From a virus: 64,000 bases of DNA. Below the pieces are notes generated by a model. The model was not told the origin of the DNA. It made no database searches and saw only the letters and a program-made list of their open reading frames with translations. Both the position numbers and the translations under genes were made by a program. The DNA lies in the IMG/VR virus record IMGVR_UViG_3300042898_002309, positions 33,025 through 97,024 of that record. One strand, written 5' to 3'. Shown piece by piece: positions 50,141 to 60,577 of this stretch (position 1 is the stretch's first letter; every line of letters starts with the position of its first letter).

Positions 50141-50587
50141 TTATTTTTTAATGTATAAATCTGCTTCTTTTTTTCTTCTTTTTAATAATCCAGGAAGTAT
50201 TTTATTTCCACTAGATACATAATGGTTTATCCACCAATCATGTATAACTGCATCTGTAGCTTTTTTATTTATTAAACCAAATAAATCTTTTGAGCTACCA
50301 CAATTCCAGCAAAATGATACTAGTGCATCAAATTGATTTTGGTTTAAAGTAACCTTTATATTCCTATCTACAGTAGCTTCATACTTAGGAAGTAACTCTA
50401 TAAATAATTCATTAGCTCTTTCTTGAGTAATTTTATCACCCAATTTAAACTTGCTACCATCCTTTCTAGATGTATTTCCATACCCAATAGTTATTGGTAA
50501 TCCACCAGTTCCAGGATCAACATAAGCTTTTAACTTACATCCTTCAAATCCCTTAATTAGGTCTATGCCTTGTTGTGAAGTTTTCAT
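50141..50587 (-). CDS. Endolysin, GH24 lysozyme
   Basis: LIKGFEGCKLKAYVD...TIGYG, LNQNQFDALVSF and GLLKRRKKEADL motifs. Confidence 0.93.
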   Translation of the reverse strand: MKTSQQGIDLIKGFEGCKLKAYVDPGTGGLPITIGYGNTSRKDGSKFKLGDKITQERANELFIELLPKYEATVDRNIKVTLNQNQFDALVSFCWNCGSSKDLFGLINKKATDAVIHDWWINHYVSSGNKILPGLLKRRKKEADLYIKK

Positions 50588-50601
50588 CTTTTAAATTGAT
50601 T

Positions 50602-51246
50602 TTATGAATATAATGTACATGCAAATCTAATTCCAGTAGCAGTTCCAGTTGGTGTTGCAGGCATTGTTGTTATATTTGATGTATTAGATATTCCAAATAT
50701 AGCATCAGAAATACCTACATCATATATAGTTCTCCAACTAATTCCATCTGCATAATATCCTACAACAAGATTTTCTCCAACTGCTAGCTTTAATGTTTGT
50801 CCTGCTTCTGCTGTAAGTAAGATTTCATTTGCACCTGTACTACAAGTTAAAGACCCTTGGCCTATTAAAGTCATTGTACCTGTCAAAGTTCCTCTGTAAA
50901 TACCAAATCTAACTAAATCTGAACCTGAAAAACCCCATAGTTTTACTTTGGATATAGTTCCTGTAACAGTACTTATTGTTTGATAATAGTACTGAGTAGA
51001 TGCCGCTGTTGGTGCAGTGTCTGCAGAAGATACATCTTGAGGTGAAAATGCAACAGCATCACTACTAAATATTTCTAATACCACACCTTCTGAATTTTTA
51101 TAATGATTCAACTTATCTGTTAAATCATAAAAATAAGTAGAGTTGGCTACAGATGCCCAGTCAGCTGAACTATTTGTTACTTTAGTATATTGTATTCCTG
51201 TTTGTTGGTTATTTATTATTAACCCACTTGGAGTATGTACAGCCAT
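50602..51246 (-). CDS. Putative fibre/decoration protein
   Basis: Thr/Ser-rich, beta-sandwich-like C-terminus; in the fibre cluster. Confidence 0.45.
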   Translation of the reverse strand: MAVHTPSGLIINNQQTGIQYTKVTNSSADWASVANSTYFYDLTDKLNHYKNSEGVVLEIFSSDAVAFSPQDVSSADTAPTAASTQYYYQTISTVTGTISKVKLWGFSGSDLVRFGIYRGTLTGTMTLIGQGSLTCSTGANEILLTAEAGQTLKLAVGENLVVGYYADGISWRTIYDVGISDAIFGISNTSNITTMPATPTGTATGIRFACTLYS

Positions 51247-51257
51247 TTTTTTAAATA

Positions 51258-51605
51258 TTAGTCAATTAATATTTCTATTTCACTTACTTCTATACCAAAT
51301 GTTATAGCCATTTTTACTCTGAATCCTAAATAATAAAGATATGTAGTAGCATCAGTATAACTTAAACCTGTTGGTACTTCATCTTTAACTAGGTCATACA
51401 AAGCATTTGTTTCTTCTTCTGTAACAGGATATAAGTTAGATGAAATAACTTGACCTTCTTCAGATACATATTGAAACATATACATTGAATCAAATGTACT
51501 TGCTAATTGTTGATTGCAAGAAGTTAAAATACCTTCTACTATTCCTGTTTCTTGTCCTGCTATTCCACTATTATAAGTTACAGGTACTAATGTTTTTAAT
51601 TTCAT
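51258..51605 (-). CDS. Hypothetical protein (possible fibre chaperone)
   Basis: Small acidic ORF immediately after a fibre gene. Confidence 0.45.
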   Translation of the reverse strand: MKLKTLVPVTYNSGIAGQETGIVEGILTSCNQQLASTFDSMYMFQYVSEEGQVISSNLYPVTEEETNALYDLVKDEVPTGLSYTDATTYLYYLGFRVKMAITFGIEVSEIEILID

Positions 51606-51618
51606 ATTTTTTTATTTT

Positions 51619-53028
51619 TTATGCATAAATATTTTCTACGGTATCTATAGTAGCAAACCATTGTATATTAGTTGCTATCACCCCTGTAATTGTTATTAAT
51701 AAACCACCAACATTTACACTTGTGTTTGCAGCTAAAGTAGGAGTTACCCAAGCAGGTATATTAGTAACAACATTTACATTGCCAACAGTTAACACAGTAC
51801 TAGCTGCATTTGCTCCACGTACAATTACTCCATCAATATCCCATACAGCAATATCAGTTGTTCCACTTTGCTTAGCTGTAATAGAACCTTTAAATCTCAT
51901 TACTTGTTGATTTTGTAAAGCTAATTGTGAACTGGCATTATCACCAAATGTAGTGGCATTATTTGTTGTTAATATTGTAGGAGTTGCGTTTGTAGTTCTT
52001 TGTCTATATGATATAATTCCTTTTTGATTATCACCTGCATTACCTAATGAACTACCACTTAAAGCTATTCTACCTAAAGTTGAAAATGTATTGGCACTAT
52101 CTCCTATTGCTGATGAAGATCCAGCCGCAGTGGTTCCAAATCCCAAACACATTGACCTAGATCCACTTGCAGTTCCATAACCTACAACTATTGAATTATC
52201 ACCACTTGCAGTAGAATTGGCAAAGAAATAACTAGCTAAACATATAGAAGAATCGCCAGTTGCTTTAGCTCTATTACCCATTGCAATAGTATTAGCATTA
52301 GATGCTGTACAACTAGTTCCCATTGCAACTGTACCTGTATTACTTGCTGTATTACCACTTCCCATTGCAACTGAAGCTCCTCCACTTGCTGTATTACTAC
52401 TTCCTAAAGCAACTGAAGAACTTCCACTTGCTACATTTCCATAACCACTTGTAAGACTTTGTTGACCTGAAGAATTATTTGAAAAACCAAAAGCTGTTGC
52501 ATAACTTCCTGTTGCATAAGTTTGTAAACCTATAGCAACTGAATAAAATGCATTTGCAACACAACCTTTACCTATTGCTACTGAATCATCTGCTGATGCT
52601 GTATTATATGAACCTGCTGTAAATGACCTTGCTCCTCCTGCAACTTGTGAATTTACATTTCTTATTGTTTGTAAATCTATAGCATTAGGTCCTCTTTTAG
52701 TACCACCTGCAACTAAATTATCAGCAACTGCTAAAGTAAATGCTCCTATACCTTTAGGAACTATTGCAATATCTCCATTAGTTGTTGCGGTTACTGCTGT
52801 TAAACTATCTACAGGAACAGTAGCATTAGGTGCTGTTGTGTTTTGTGCTTCTGTAAAGTAAGTTAAACCACCACTTAATGGCATTAAATTCCATATTGTA
52901 GTATATTGATACGTATTACCATTTGCTGTATCTGTATATCTATCTCCTGCAACTGCTGTATGTACAGGTGCTCCTGTTCCTGTTGCAACTGTTAATCCTT
53001 GGTCAGTTTTTGTATATACTATTGCCAT
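51619..53028 (-). CDS. Tail fibre with YadA-head-like 14-aa repeats
   Basis: Tandem (N/T)xASGxxSVA(I/M/L)G repeats. Confidence 0.7.
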   Translation of the reverse strand: MAIVYTKTDQGLTVATGTGAPVHTAVAGDRYTDTANGNTYQYTTIWNLMPLSGGLTYFTEAQNTTAPNATVPVDSLTAVTATTNGDIAIVPKGIGAFTLAVADNLVAGGTKRGPNAIDLQTIRNVNSQVAGGARSFTAGSYNTASADDSVAIGKGCVANAFYSVAIGLQTYATGSYATAFGFSNNSSGQQSLTSGYGNVASGSSSVALGSSNTASGGASVAMGSGNTASNTGTVAMGTSCTASNANTIAMGNRAKATGDSSICLASYFFANSTASGDNSIVVGYGTASGSRSMCLGFGTTAAGSSSAIGDSANTFSTLGRIALSGSSLGNAGDNQKGIISYRQRTTNATPTILTTNNATTFGDNASSQLALQNQQVMRFKGSITAKQSGTTDIAVWDIDGVIVRGANAASTVLTVGNVNVVTNIPAWVTPTLAANTSVNVGGLLITITGVIATNIQWFATIDTVENIYA

Positions 53029-53031
53029 TTT

Positions 53032-53355
53032 CTAACTATTTAATAATTCTGTACATATAACTCCTACCTTATCTACTATTGCTTTATCTTCAGGATTCAT
53101 TTCAGAAACAATTAAGCATACTACCTCATTATCTTCTCCTTGTACATCTAATCTATTTACATCAGTTGTATAAACTATATATACTAATGGGTCTTTTTGT
53201 GTTAAACAAAATGCTTCAAGTTCATTAAATGATGCTTGTTGTTCTGCTGTTAATTCATTTACAAATCTTGGTACTACTTGAAGTTCCTCATTTTGTGGTA
53301 TAATCATCAGAGCTTTATCTGATTGTCTATATACTATTTGTTTAAAATTTTCCAT
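53032..53355 (-). CDS. Hypothetical protein (possible fibre chaperone)
   Basis: Small acidic ORF with an internal duplication (VNELTAEQQA / VSEMNPEDKA) after the spike gene. Confidence 0.45.
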   Translation of the reverse strand: MENFKQIVYRQSDKALMIIPQNEELQVVPRFVNELTAEQQASFNELEAFCLTQKDPLVYIVYTTDVNRLDVQGEDNEVVCLIVSEMNPEDKAIVDKVGVICTELLNS

Positions 53356-53357
53356 AA

Positions 53358-56300
53358 TTAGAATGAATATGTTGTGTCTTCATAATTAATACCACCTCCT
53401 AATATGTTAGGAGCATAAGCTGTTCCGTAAGTTGTGTCAGTAAATGTATTTGCTAATCTAAAACCTACTGCACAATTATCAACCAAACCAAAATTAAGTA
53501 CATCTTGTGCTGTCCCCGTATTGGATAATATTTGTAAAGGTGCTAAACCATTTGCTACTTTAAAGTAAGGTTGTCCTAATATTACAACTTTTCCTCCACT
53601 TGCAGTTTTTCTTATAAGTCCTGACTTACTATCTGCAAGTTGACATTCTAATTGACTTCCTGCATTTAAAATTAATGTACCTGTTGAAACTGCTATTGTT
53701 GGTGTATTAGCAGCTGATTCACCAGCACCTCTTGCTAAGTTTATATAAGCAAAGTTTTTAAAAGTTCCTGTTATTGTAGATATATCCTGAATAGTCATAT
53801 TACCTTCATTAATGAGTGTTCCAGCTACTGTACCTATATAACCTCTAAAATAACCTTTATTATATAATGTACATCCTACTCCAATTGTATAAGTACTTAC
53901 ACCATTAATCATATATCTAGTATCTAATACAATTAATTCAGCTGTTCCTGATAATGTTGCTGAAAACGTATTCCCAACATCTGAAGCACCTCTAATTGTA
54001 CCTTTTGATGAACTACTTCCTGTATATATACCCATCATTTCATTTACAACAATATTTCCTAATGCAGCATTATTTACAACATTTCCTCTCATTTGACCAT
54101 TTATAATTACATGACCTGAATTAGTGAAAGTAGTAACTTGAATATTACCATTATAAATAGAAGGAACAGCACCTGTACCACCACCACTATTAGTTAATGT
54201 AGTACCAAATATATTTCCATTAAAAACACCATATGCTAATGCCATTGAACCTACTATAACTGCATTACTAATAATTGTAGCACCTTGAGTATTATTGATA
54301 ATATTAACTGATGATGGAGATTGAATTTTACCAAAAACATTAAATGTGCAATATCTTATTAAAAATCCTTGCAATAAACTATAAAAATATCCACTTACAG
54401 TTATAGTTCCAATGCTTTCAAAATTTGCAATTGAACCAAAAGCACAAATATAATTTGGACACTCCAATGCAAAGTTATTAAATTTATATACTCCATTTTG
54501 CTGTAATTCTATTGAATACCCTGTACCTATTGAGTAAAAATAAAAAGGTTTAAAAATAAAATCAGCGGAACTACCTGAATAACTACTATTAAATAAAAAT
54601 CTTGAAGATGCACTTGTCCCATTCCAATTTCCTCCAATTACACTAAATGGTACTAACTGTGAAGTACTTAAAGTAAACAAATTAAATGCTCCCCAACTTA
54701 TTGTTGAATTAAGACAATTAAATGTAAATCCTTGTTTTTGCCAATTTCCTGTTGCAACAAAATCTCCATTTAACATAATTAAATAAGGTGTCCACCAAGT
54801 TGCAGTTATTGTAGCACCTGCTGTACACACTTGACTTAATACAATTGTATTAGACGTTTTACTTACAACTATTGTGTTATAAGGTATTCCTGTTCCTGTA
54901 ATAAATTGTCCTATAACTATATTAGCTGTTGAACTTACTGCTGTTAATGTAGCACTTGCATTTGTTGTAGTTGCCGTTACTGTTCCTGTGTTAGTTATAT
55001 CAGATAATGCGTATTCAGGTGTTAAGTAAGGATTATTAATATTACCTCTACCTGTTGAATTAACTCCATTAAGTGAATCTACGTAAATTTTATTAGCTTG
55101 CGGAATACTTGTTGATAGTGTAGCCCATTGTGCCTTACCATCTGCTGTCATTGAAGTAAGAACTTTACCTACTCCTTCAGTACCATCTTGTAATTGTACT
55201 GAATAGTTTGAAGTAGCTAATATTGCACTAAATTTACCACCTACATTTTCAACACTTGTACCAGTTGCTTGTCCATAAACTCCAATATTTTGAGTTGTTG
55301 AACTTTGTGCTGTACCTCCTACACCATAATTAGTAGATGCACCTACTCCTTGATTTACTCCTGCAACACCAACTGCCCCATTAACTGTAGTATTACCATA
55401 AATGTTATAGTTCTCTCCAGGAGTTGTACTATATACAGCAAATTTATATGCTGATAATATTGAACCATTAACTGCTATATTAGCACCATCATCTTGAGTT
55501 TGACTATTACCTATAGTTCCAGTTCCAGTAAATTTAGATAAATAATTAGTAGTACCACTTCCTCCTACTTTAGCATTAAATACTGCAAAGTCTGAAGATG
55601 ATAAATATCCATCTGCTATTGCTGATGATTGTGCCATACTAATAGCTGGTGTTATACCTCCTGAAGATACTACTGGAGCTGTTCCTGTTACAGATGTAAC
55701 TGCTGATGGATTATATGTTGGATTTAAAGTAGTTGTTGCTACTGAGTAATGCTGAGATCCTTCTGTCCTAAATGTAACGGTTTGAGATACACCAGTAGTA
55801 TTTTCCATTGAAATCCTTACTACTAATCTATCTGTTGTAAGTAAAGTAGTTGCAGGAAATACACCATCAGAAAGATACATTGTAGTTACTGTAGCCATAT
55901 TAGTTACTACAATAGGATCTGAAGTAAATAGTAATGTTTCAATACCACCTAAATCTCTTTTCCAAACAGTAGGTCTAATTATCCAATTTTGTCCTGCAAT
56001 AGCAGCATTAAAATGTAAATAAAGAGACCATAGTCCAGCTGCTATTTGAGTAGACCCTGGTACTCCTACTGGAGTTTGATATTCTGCAATAACTGATGTT
56101 ACTCCTCCTGCTACTGTTAGTGGAACTAATTGTTCTGCTGCTGTAGTTACTATAGAAGAAAATTCTTTATAAGGAGCTTGTGTAACTGTTTGATTTAAAT
56201 AATAAGTTATAGCACCTACACCACCACCTATTGTAACAGTAACATCATCTCCTATTGTAGATGCAACTACACCTGCTCCTACAAAATCAATACTATTAAC

Positions 56301-56369
56301 ATCTTTAGTTAATATTGCAGATTCCTCTAGTATTGTAATTCTTTTCTTTATGTTTATATCTGTACTCAT
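53358..56369 (-). CDS. Tail fibre/spike with putative beta-helix C-terminal region
   Basis: VTSVTGTAPVVSSGG, SGTTNYLSKFTG, IYVDSLNG...NPYLT motifs; Gly/Asn/Thr-rich. Confidence 0.7.
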   Translation of the reverse strand: MSTDINIKKRITILEESAILTKDVNSIDFVGAGVVASTIGDDVTVTIGGGVGAITYYLNQTVTQAPYKEFSSIVTTAAEQLVPLTVAGGVTSVIAEYQTPVGVPGSTQIAAGLWSLYLHFNAAIAGQNWIIRPTVWKRDLGGIETLLFTSDPIVVTNMATVTTMYLSDGVFPATTLLTTDRLVVRISMENTTGVSQTVTFRTEGSQHYSVATTTLNPTYNPSAVTSVTGTAPVVSSGGITPAISMAQSSAIADGYLSSSDFAVFNAKVGGSGTTNYLSKFTGTGTIGNSQTQDDGANIAVNGSILSAYKFAVYSTTPGENYNIYGNTTVNGAVGVAGVNQGVGASTNYGVGGTAQSSTTQNIGVYGQATGTSVENVGGKFSAILATSNYSVQLQDGTEGVGKVLTSMTADGKAQWATLSTSIPQANKIYVDSLNGVNSTGRGNINNPYLTPEYALSDITNTGTVTATTTNASATLTAVSSTANIVIGQFITGTGIPYNTIVVSKTSNTIVLSQVCTAGATITATWWTPYLIMLNGDFVATGNWQKQGFTFNCLNSTISWGAFNLFTLSTSQLVPFSVIGGNWNGTSASSRFLFNSSYSGSSADFIFKPFYFYSIGTGYSIELQQNGVYKFNNFALECPNYICAFGSIANFESIGTITVSGYFYSLLQGFLIRYCTFNVFGKIQSPSSVNIINNTQGATIISNAVIVGSMALAYGVFNGNIFGTTLTNSGGGTGAVPSIYNGNIQVTTFTNSGHVIINGQMRGNVVNNAALGNIVVNEMMGIYTGSSSSKGTIRGASDVGNTFSATLSGTAELIVLDTRYMINGVSTYTIGVGCTLYNKGYFRGYIGTVAGTLINEGNMTIQDISTITGTFKNFAYINLARGAGESAANTPTIAVSTGTLILNAGSQLECQLADSKSGLIRKTASGGKVVILGQPYFKVANGLAPLQILSNTGTAQDVLNFGLVDNCAVGFRLANTFTDTTYGTAYAPNILGGGINYEDTTYSF

Positions 56370-57031
56370 TAGTATACTTTTTGTAATGTAAAGTTATATG
56401 ATCGAATAGTATTGCCTGCATTACCTGTATTAAATTGAGCAGTAATAACTAATTCATTATTCACTGTTGTATCAAATGTAGTAGCATTAATAGTACTTAA
56501 TACAAATCCTTCAAATTGAGTTCCTCCATTTCTAATATATGAAAATAAACCACCTGATGAAATTGATGCAACACCTGCTCCTCCTAATGTTCTAACTGTA
56601 AAGTATAAATTTAATATCCAAGATTTATTAGTTGCTGCAGCTAGTGACACTATACCTGTATCAGCAAGAATTGCACCTGCTACTGTTTTTACATGAATAT
56701 GTATTGTTGCTGAACTTACACATGAAATTATTCCATCTAATGCTGCAGTAAAAGAATCACCAATTGAAAAAGCATTTGCAGGAACTGATAAAGTGCCTAC
56801 TCCTGCACCTATTATACTTTGTTCTGCAATACCTGTTACATTTGGTCCAGTTACTGTTTGAGCATATAAACCATAACTTGTAGATGGAATATTTCCAGGA
56901 ATATCTACTGTAGCTGCACCTCCTACATTACTTACAGTAACACCAGATCCGGTAAAATTTATAATGTCATTAGAAAGTACAGTTGTACCTTCATCTTGTA
57001 CAATTGTTTTTGTAGAGATTTGAGTACTCAT
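56369..57031 (-). CDS. Short fibre-like protein sharing its N-terminus with 53358-56369
   Basis: INFTGSGVTVSNVG vs IDFVGAGVVASTIG. Confidence 0.55.
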   Translation of the reverse strand: MSTQISTKTIVQDEGTTVLSNDIINFTGSGVTVSNVGGAATVDIPGNIPSTSYGLYAQTVTGPNVTGIAEQSIIGAGVGTLSVPANAFSIGDSFTAALDGIISCVSSATIHIHVKTVAGAILADTGIVSLAAATNKSWILNLYFTVRTLGGAGVASISSGGLFSYIRNGGTQFEGFVLSTINATTFDTTVNNELVITAQFNTGNAGNTIRSYNFTLQKVY

Positions 57032-57036
57032 ATGTA

Positions 57037-57717
57037 TTATGAATTATATGTAATAAGTAATTCAGTACCTGTTCCATCAAATGTAAATGTAGAAGCAGCA
57101 TAAGAATTATTAATACCATCAGCTCCAAAATTTACTGATTCACCTGGTTTAATTGTATCACCTAAGAAAGTTCCATTACCTGTTCCTACATTTGCTATAG
57201 AAAAGCTATATGTTACTGCAGCTATTGTACCTGATGTAGTTGTTCTAAAATAAACTGGAGTTCTAGTAACAGCTGTTGTATTACTTACTAACTGAGATAC
57301 ATTTGAATCAATATTATTTAATGTAGTTTCTGTAGCTAGTCCTGTTGTATTAGTTACTATTTGAGCTAAGTAAGAATTAGGATTGATATAGGTAAGCGGT
57401 GCAACTGGTGTACCTGGAGTATTTGTTCCTGCTAAATAATAAACTGGTGGATCAAATGTTCCCGTACCTGTATTATAAATTCTTATTTCTAACCAAGTAA
57501 CATCATTAGCATCAATAACTAAGGCTGCTTCATATTCAGTTCCTGCTTGTATAGCTGCAAGTATTTGAGTTAAAATTATATTAGTAGCTGGGCCACCGCC
57601 ACCACCTGGTATTCCTGCTATTGCATTAACAACTGATTCTTGTCCTATTAGCATTTTTAATTGCCAGGGCATATTGGTACCTTTACCACCGTATGTTTTT
57701 AAATTTCCTACAGACAT
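57037..57717 (-). CDS. Putative virion structural protein
   Basis: Thr/Gly-rich, LATETTL motif; first gene of the fibre operon. Confidence 0.5.
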   Translation of the reverse strand: MSVGNLKTYGGKGTNMPWQLKMLIGQESVVNAIAGIPGGGGGPATNIILTQILAAIQAGTEYEAALVIDANDVTWLEIRIYNTGTGTFDPPVYYLAGTNTPGTPVAPLTYINPNSYLAQIVTNTTGLATETTLNNIDSNVSQLVSNTTAVTRTPVYFRTTTSGTIAAVTYSFSIANVGTGNGTFLGDTIKPGESVNFGADGINNSYAASTFTFDGTGTELLITYNS

Positions 57718-57766
57718 AATAATTTGATTTTATATATAATAATATACGTAAAAGATTCTAGATATA

Positions 57767-57774
57767 CAAATATA
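57767..57774 (-). promoter_or_regulatory. TATATTTG promoter element
   Basis: TAnnTTTG consensus directly after a terminator. Confidence 0.55.
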
Positions 57775-57801
57775 AAAAAGAAAAGCCACATTACTGTGAC
57801 T
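57775..57801 (-). terminator. Intrinsic terminator
   Basis: AGTCACA-GTAA-TGTGGCT-TTTCTTTTT. Confidence 0.7.
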
Positions 57802-57808
57802 CTTGCTT

Positions 57809-57955
57809 TTAATTTTCTTGAACTAGTTGAGGTTCTGCAAATAAAACTCCTAATGCTTGTGTTATCATAGCTGCATCTTGTAAACTAAATGCTCCTTTAA
57901 GGAATGCTTGATTTAAAGCTTGTTCAATTACTTGTTTAGCTTCTTCTGATTTCAT
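57809..57955 (-). CDS. Small helical protein, 48 aa, below the ORF-track cutoff
   Basis: MKSEEAKQVIEQALNQAFLKGAFSLQDAAMITQALGVLFAEPQLVQEN; ATGA overlap with the upstream stop. Confidence 0.65.
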   Translation of the reverse strand: MKSEEAKQVIEQALNQAFLKGAFSLQDAAMITQALGVLFAEPQLVQEN

Positions 57956-58170
57956 ATTTTTTGTAATTCAGTTACTTGTTTTTTAGTAAGTCCTCCAACA
58001 AACCATTCTTTAGCCATCATAATACGGATGTGTCCCTCATTACGTGTTATTGTTGCAGCTTCTTCTTCAGTTAAAGTTTCTTTAGCTTTTAATTCTGCTA
58101 ATAATGCAACACTATCATATGCTGCTGATACTGATTGTGCAATTTGTTCTGCTGTTAATTCTAATTCCAT
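57952..58170 (-). CDS. Small protein following the repeat fibre (possible assembly factor)
   Basis: AAYDSVAL...RNEGHIRIM; position. Confidence 0.55.
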   Translation of the reverse strand: MELELTAEQIAQSVSAAYDSVALLAELKAKETLTEEEAATITRNEGHIRIMMAKEWFVGGLTKKQVTELQKI

Positions 58171-58207
58171 GATTTTATTTTTTATAAAGTTAATATATTT
58201 ATTTTTA

Positions 58208-60229
58208 TTACGCTAATAATATTTTTCTTGCTACTCCATTAATAACTACATTCCATACTTGAGAAGATGCGTTTACTTCTACTGTTACTGCTCCTGCATT
58301 TACTGCTGGAGTACCAACTACAAATTGATTATTTGCAGTTGCTGCAGCAGAACTTCCTAATATAACTGAACCACTAAAATTTCCACTTTGCGTATTATAT
58401 CCTAAAGCTGAATTGCTATCTCCTGTTGTATTATTTCTTAATGATTGAAAACCTATAGAAGTATTATTACCACCTGTTGTATTGCTGTATAATGCATCAT
58501 TACCAGTAGCTGTATTTTGAAAACCTGTAGTATTTGTATTTAAAGCATATGTACCAGTTGCAACATTATTAATACCTGTTGTATTATATAATAAACTTCC
58601 TACTCCTATAGCAGTATTTTGATAACCCGTTGTATTTTCTTGTAAAGCACCAACACCTATTGCAGTGTTTTCACTAGCTGTTGTATTATGATATAATGCA
58701 TAAGTTCCAAAAGCTACATTATTATTACCAGTAGTATTTAATCTCAATGATCCTACTCCAACTGCAGTTACTTGAATTCCAACCGTATTACTTTGTAAAG
58801 CATTAGAACCTACAGCTGTATTATTATCTGTTGTATTAGCATATAAAGCATTATATCCCAATGCTGTATTTCCATTACCTATAGTATTAGTATATAATGC
58901 AAAAGAACCCGTTGCAATATTATTACTTCCAGTTGTATTAGCAAATAATGAATTATAACCTACAGTTACATTATCAATACCTATAGTGTTATTATACAAT
59001 GCTTGTGAACCAATTCCAACATTTTGTTGACCTGTAGTATTAAAATATAATGTTTTATAACCAACTGCAGTATTATTAATTCCAGTTAAATTAAGTAGCA
59101 TTGAATCTCTACCTACTGAAGTATTTGCATTACCAGTTGTATTTCCTTGCAATGATCTGTATCCAACCGCTGTATTATCATTACCTGTTGTATTTAGTGC
59201 TAATGCTTGAGAACCTAAAGCTGAATTTTGTGTACCTATACTATTTAATCTTAATGCACTTACACCAATACCAGTATTATGATTACCTGTAGTATTACTT
59301 AGTAATGCTTGAAAACCAAGTGCAGAATTATAAAGACCTGATGTATTAGCTTTCAATGCTGCTGAACCTACGGCAACTAAACTATTACCTGTAGTATTAT
59401 CTTGTAAAGCCGAATAACCTACTGCTACATTATTATATCCAGTAGTATTATTAAGTAATGCAATACTTCCAACTGCAACATTAGTACCTCCAGTTGTATT
59501 AGCAAATAATGTTTGACGTCCTATTGCTGTATTATCTGAACCTATTGTATTATTTCTTAATGAATTGTGACCAAAAGCAGCATTATTAGACCCAGTTGTA
59601 TTATTTCTTAATGCTGTTATTCCTATTGCAGTATTATAATTTGCAGTAGTATTAAATACTAATGCACTATCTCCTATTGCTATATTTTCTATACCAGTTA
59701 TGTTATAATATAAAGCATTATAACCAATACCTACATTAGATATACCACCATCATTAGTATATAAAGCATTGTTACCAAGTGCAACATTTTTAGTACCCGT
59801 TGTATTGTTTAATAAAGTCTGATATCCAATAGCAGTATTTGAACTACCTGTTGTATTAATACTTAAAGCACCATCACCATAAGAAGTATTTGTAGCAATA
59901 TTACCTTGACCATTATTCCATAATGTTAAGTCAGTAGCATTAGTTTCTACCCATGGTGGCAATGTACTACCAGCATAATTAGGAATATTTAATACTGTAC
60001 CAATTAATGTTGATACTCCTGATGTACCTGTTGTAGTTAAAGTAAAAGGAAATGGTAATAAAGGAGCAATACTATTAGCTAAATTAGTTGCAGTAATTAA
60101 TGCTGGCTCATAATGTCCATCAAAGTTTGGATTTCTAACACCAATGGTAAATAAATCACTTGCTTCTAAAAGTGTTTTTATTTTCCCTGCTTTAATCAGT
60201 GGAGAAAAATTAGTTAAATTATTTAACAT
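58208..60229 (-). CDS. Fibre with ~30 tandem NTTGxxNxAxGxxAL beta-solenoid repeats (start revised to 60229)
   Basis: Regular 17-aa repeats. The ORF-track extension to 60265 overlaps a terminator hairpin, and MLNNLTNF at 60229 has an A-rich leader. Confidence 0.75.
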   Translation of the reverse strand: MLNNLTNFSPLIKAGKIKTLLEASDLFTIGVRNPNFDGHYEPALITATNLANSIAPLLPFPFTLTTTGTSGVSTLIGTVLNIPNYAGSTLPPWVETNATDLTLWNNGQGNIATNTSYGDGALSINTTGSSNTAIGYQTLLNNTTGTKNVALGNNALYTNDGGISNVGIGYNALYYNITGIENIAIGDSALVFNTTANYNTAIGITALRNNTTGSNNAAFGHNSLRNNTIGSDNTAIGRQTLFANTTGGTNVAVGSIALLNNTTGYNNVAVGYSALQDNTTGNSLVAVGSAALKANTSGLYNSALGFQALLSNTTGNHNTGIGVSALRLNSIGTQNSALGSQALALNTTGNDNTAVGYRSLQGNTTGNANTSVGRDSMLLNLTGINNTAVGYKTLYFNTTGQQNVGIGSQALYNNTIGIDNVTVGYNSLFANTTGSNNIATGSFALYTNTIGNGNTALGYNALYANTTDNNTAVGSNALQSNTVGIQVTAVGVGSLRLNTTGNNNVAFGTYALYHNTTASENTAIGVGALQENTTGYQNTAIGVGSLLYNTTGINNVATGTYALNTNTTGFQNTATGNDALYSNTTGGNNTSIGFQSLRNNTTGDSNSALGYNTQSGNFSGSVILGSSAAATANNQFVVGTPAVNAGAVTVEVNASSQVWNVVINGVARKILLA

Positions 60230-60252
60230 GATATTTATTTTTAGTTTAATGT

Positions 60253-60287
60253 AAAAATACCACAAACATATTATATCTGTGGTATTT
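60253..60287 (-). terminator. Intrinsic terminator / attenuator hairpin
   Basis: AAATACCACA...TGTGGTATTTTT. Confidence 0.7.
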
Positions 60288-60309
60288 ATATTTTTTTATT
60301 TTTTTTTAA

Positions 60310-60546
60310 TTACGGTACTATTGGTGCAGGTACTTTTGTAGTTTTAATATCACCTGATATACTATCACGGAAATATACTCCTAATCCATATTCATTATAT
60401 ACATCAGTATTATTATATGGATTAACAAAAAAATCATATATTGCAGTTAATGCTACTGCTTTTTCATCTAATGATACTGAGTTATTCATCAATACTGATG
60501 CGTATACTTTAATATCTGCTTCTCTTAATGCTATTGGTGCTGCCAT
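60310..60546 (-). CDS. Hypothetical protein
   Basis: ORF with an A-rich leader. Confidence 0.55.
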   Translation of the reverse strand: MAAPIALREADIKVYASVLMNNSVSLDEKAVALTAIYDFFVNPYNNTDVYNEYGLGVYFRDSISGDIKTTKVPAPIVP

Positions 60547-60577
60547 TTTATTTATTTTTTATAGTTAATTAATTTAT

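Noticed and set aside
58400-59900. Periodic DNA repeats resembling a CRISPR array or DGR region
   Set aside because: They are degenerate codon-level repeats of a 17-aa protein solenoid; there are no identical repeats with unique spacers and no reverse transcriptase in the window.
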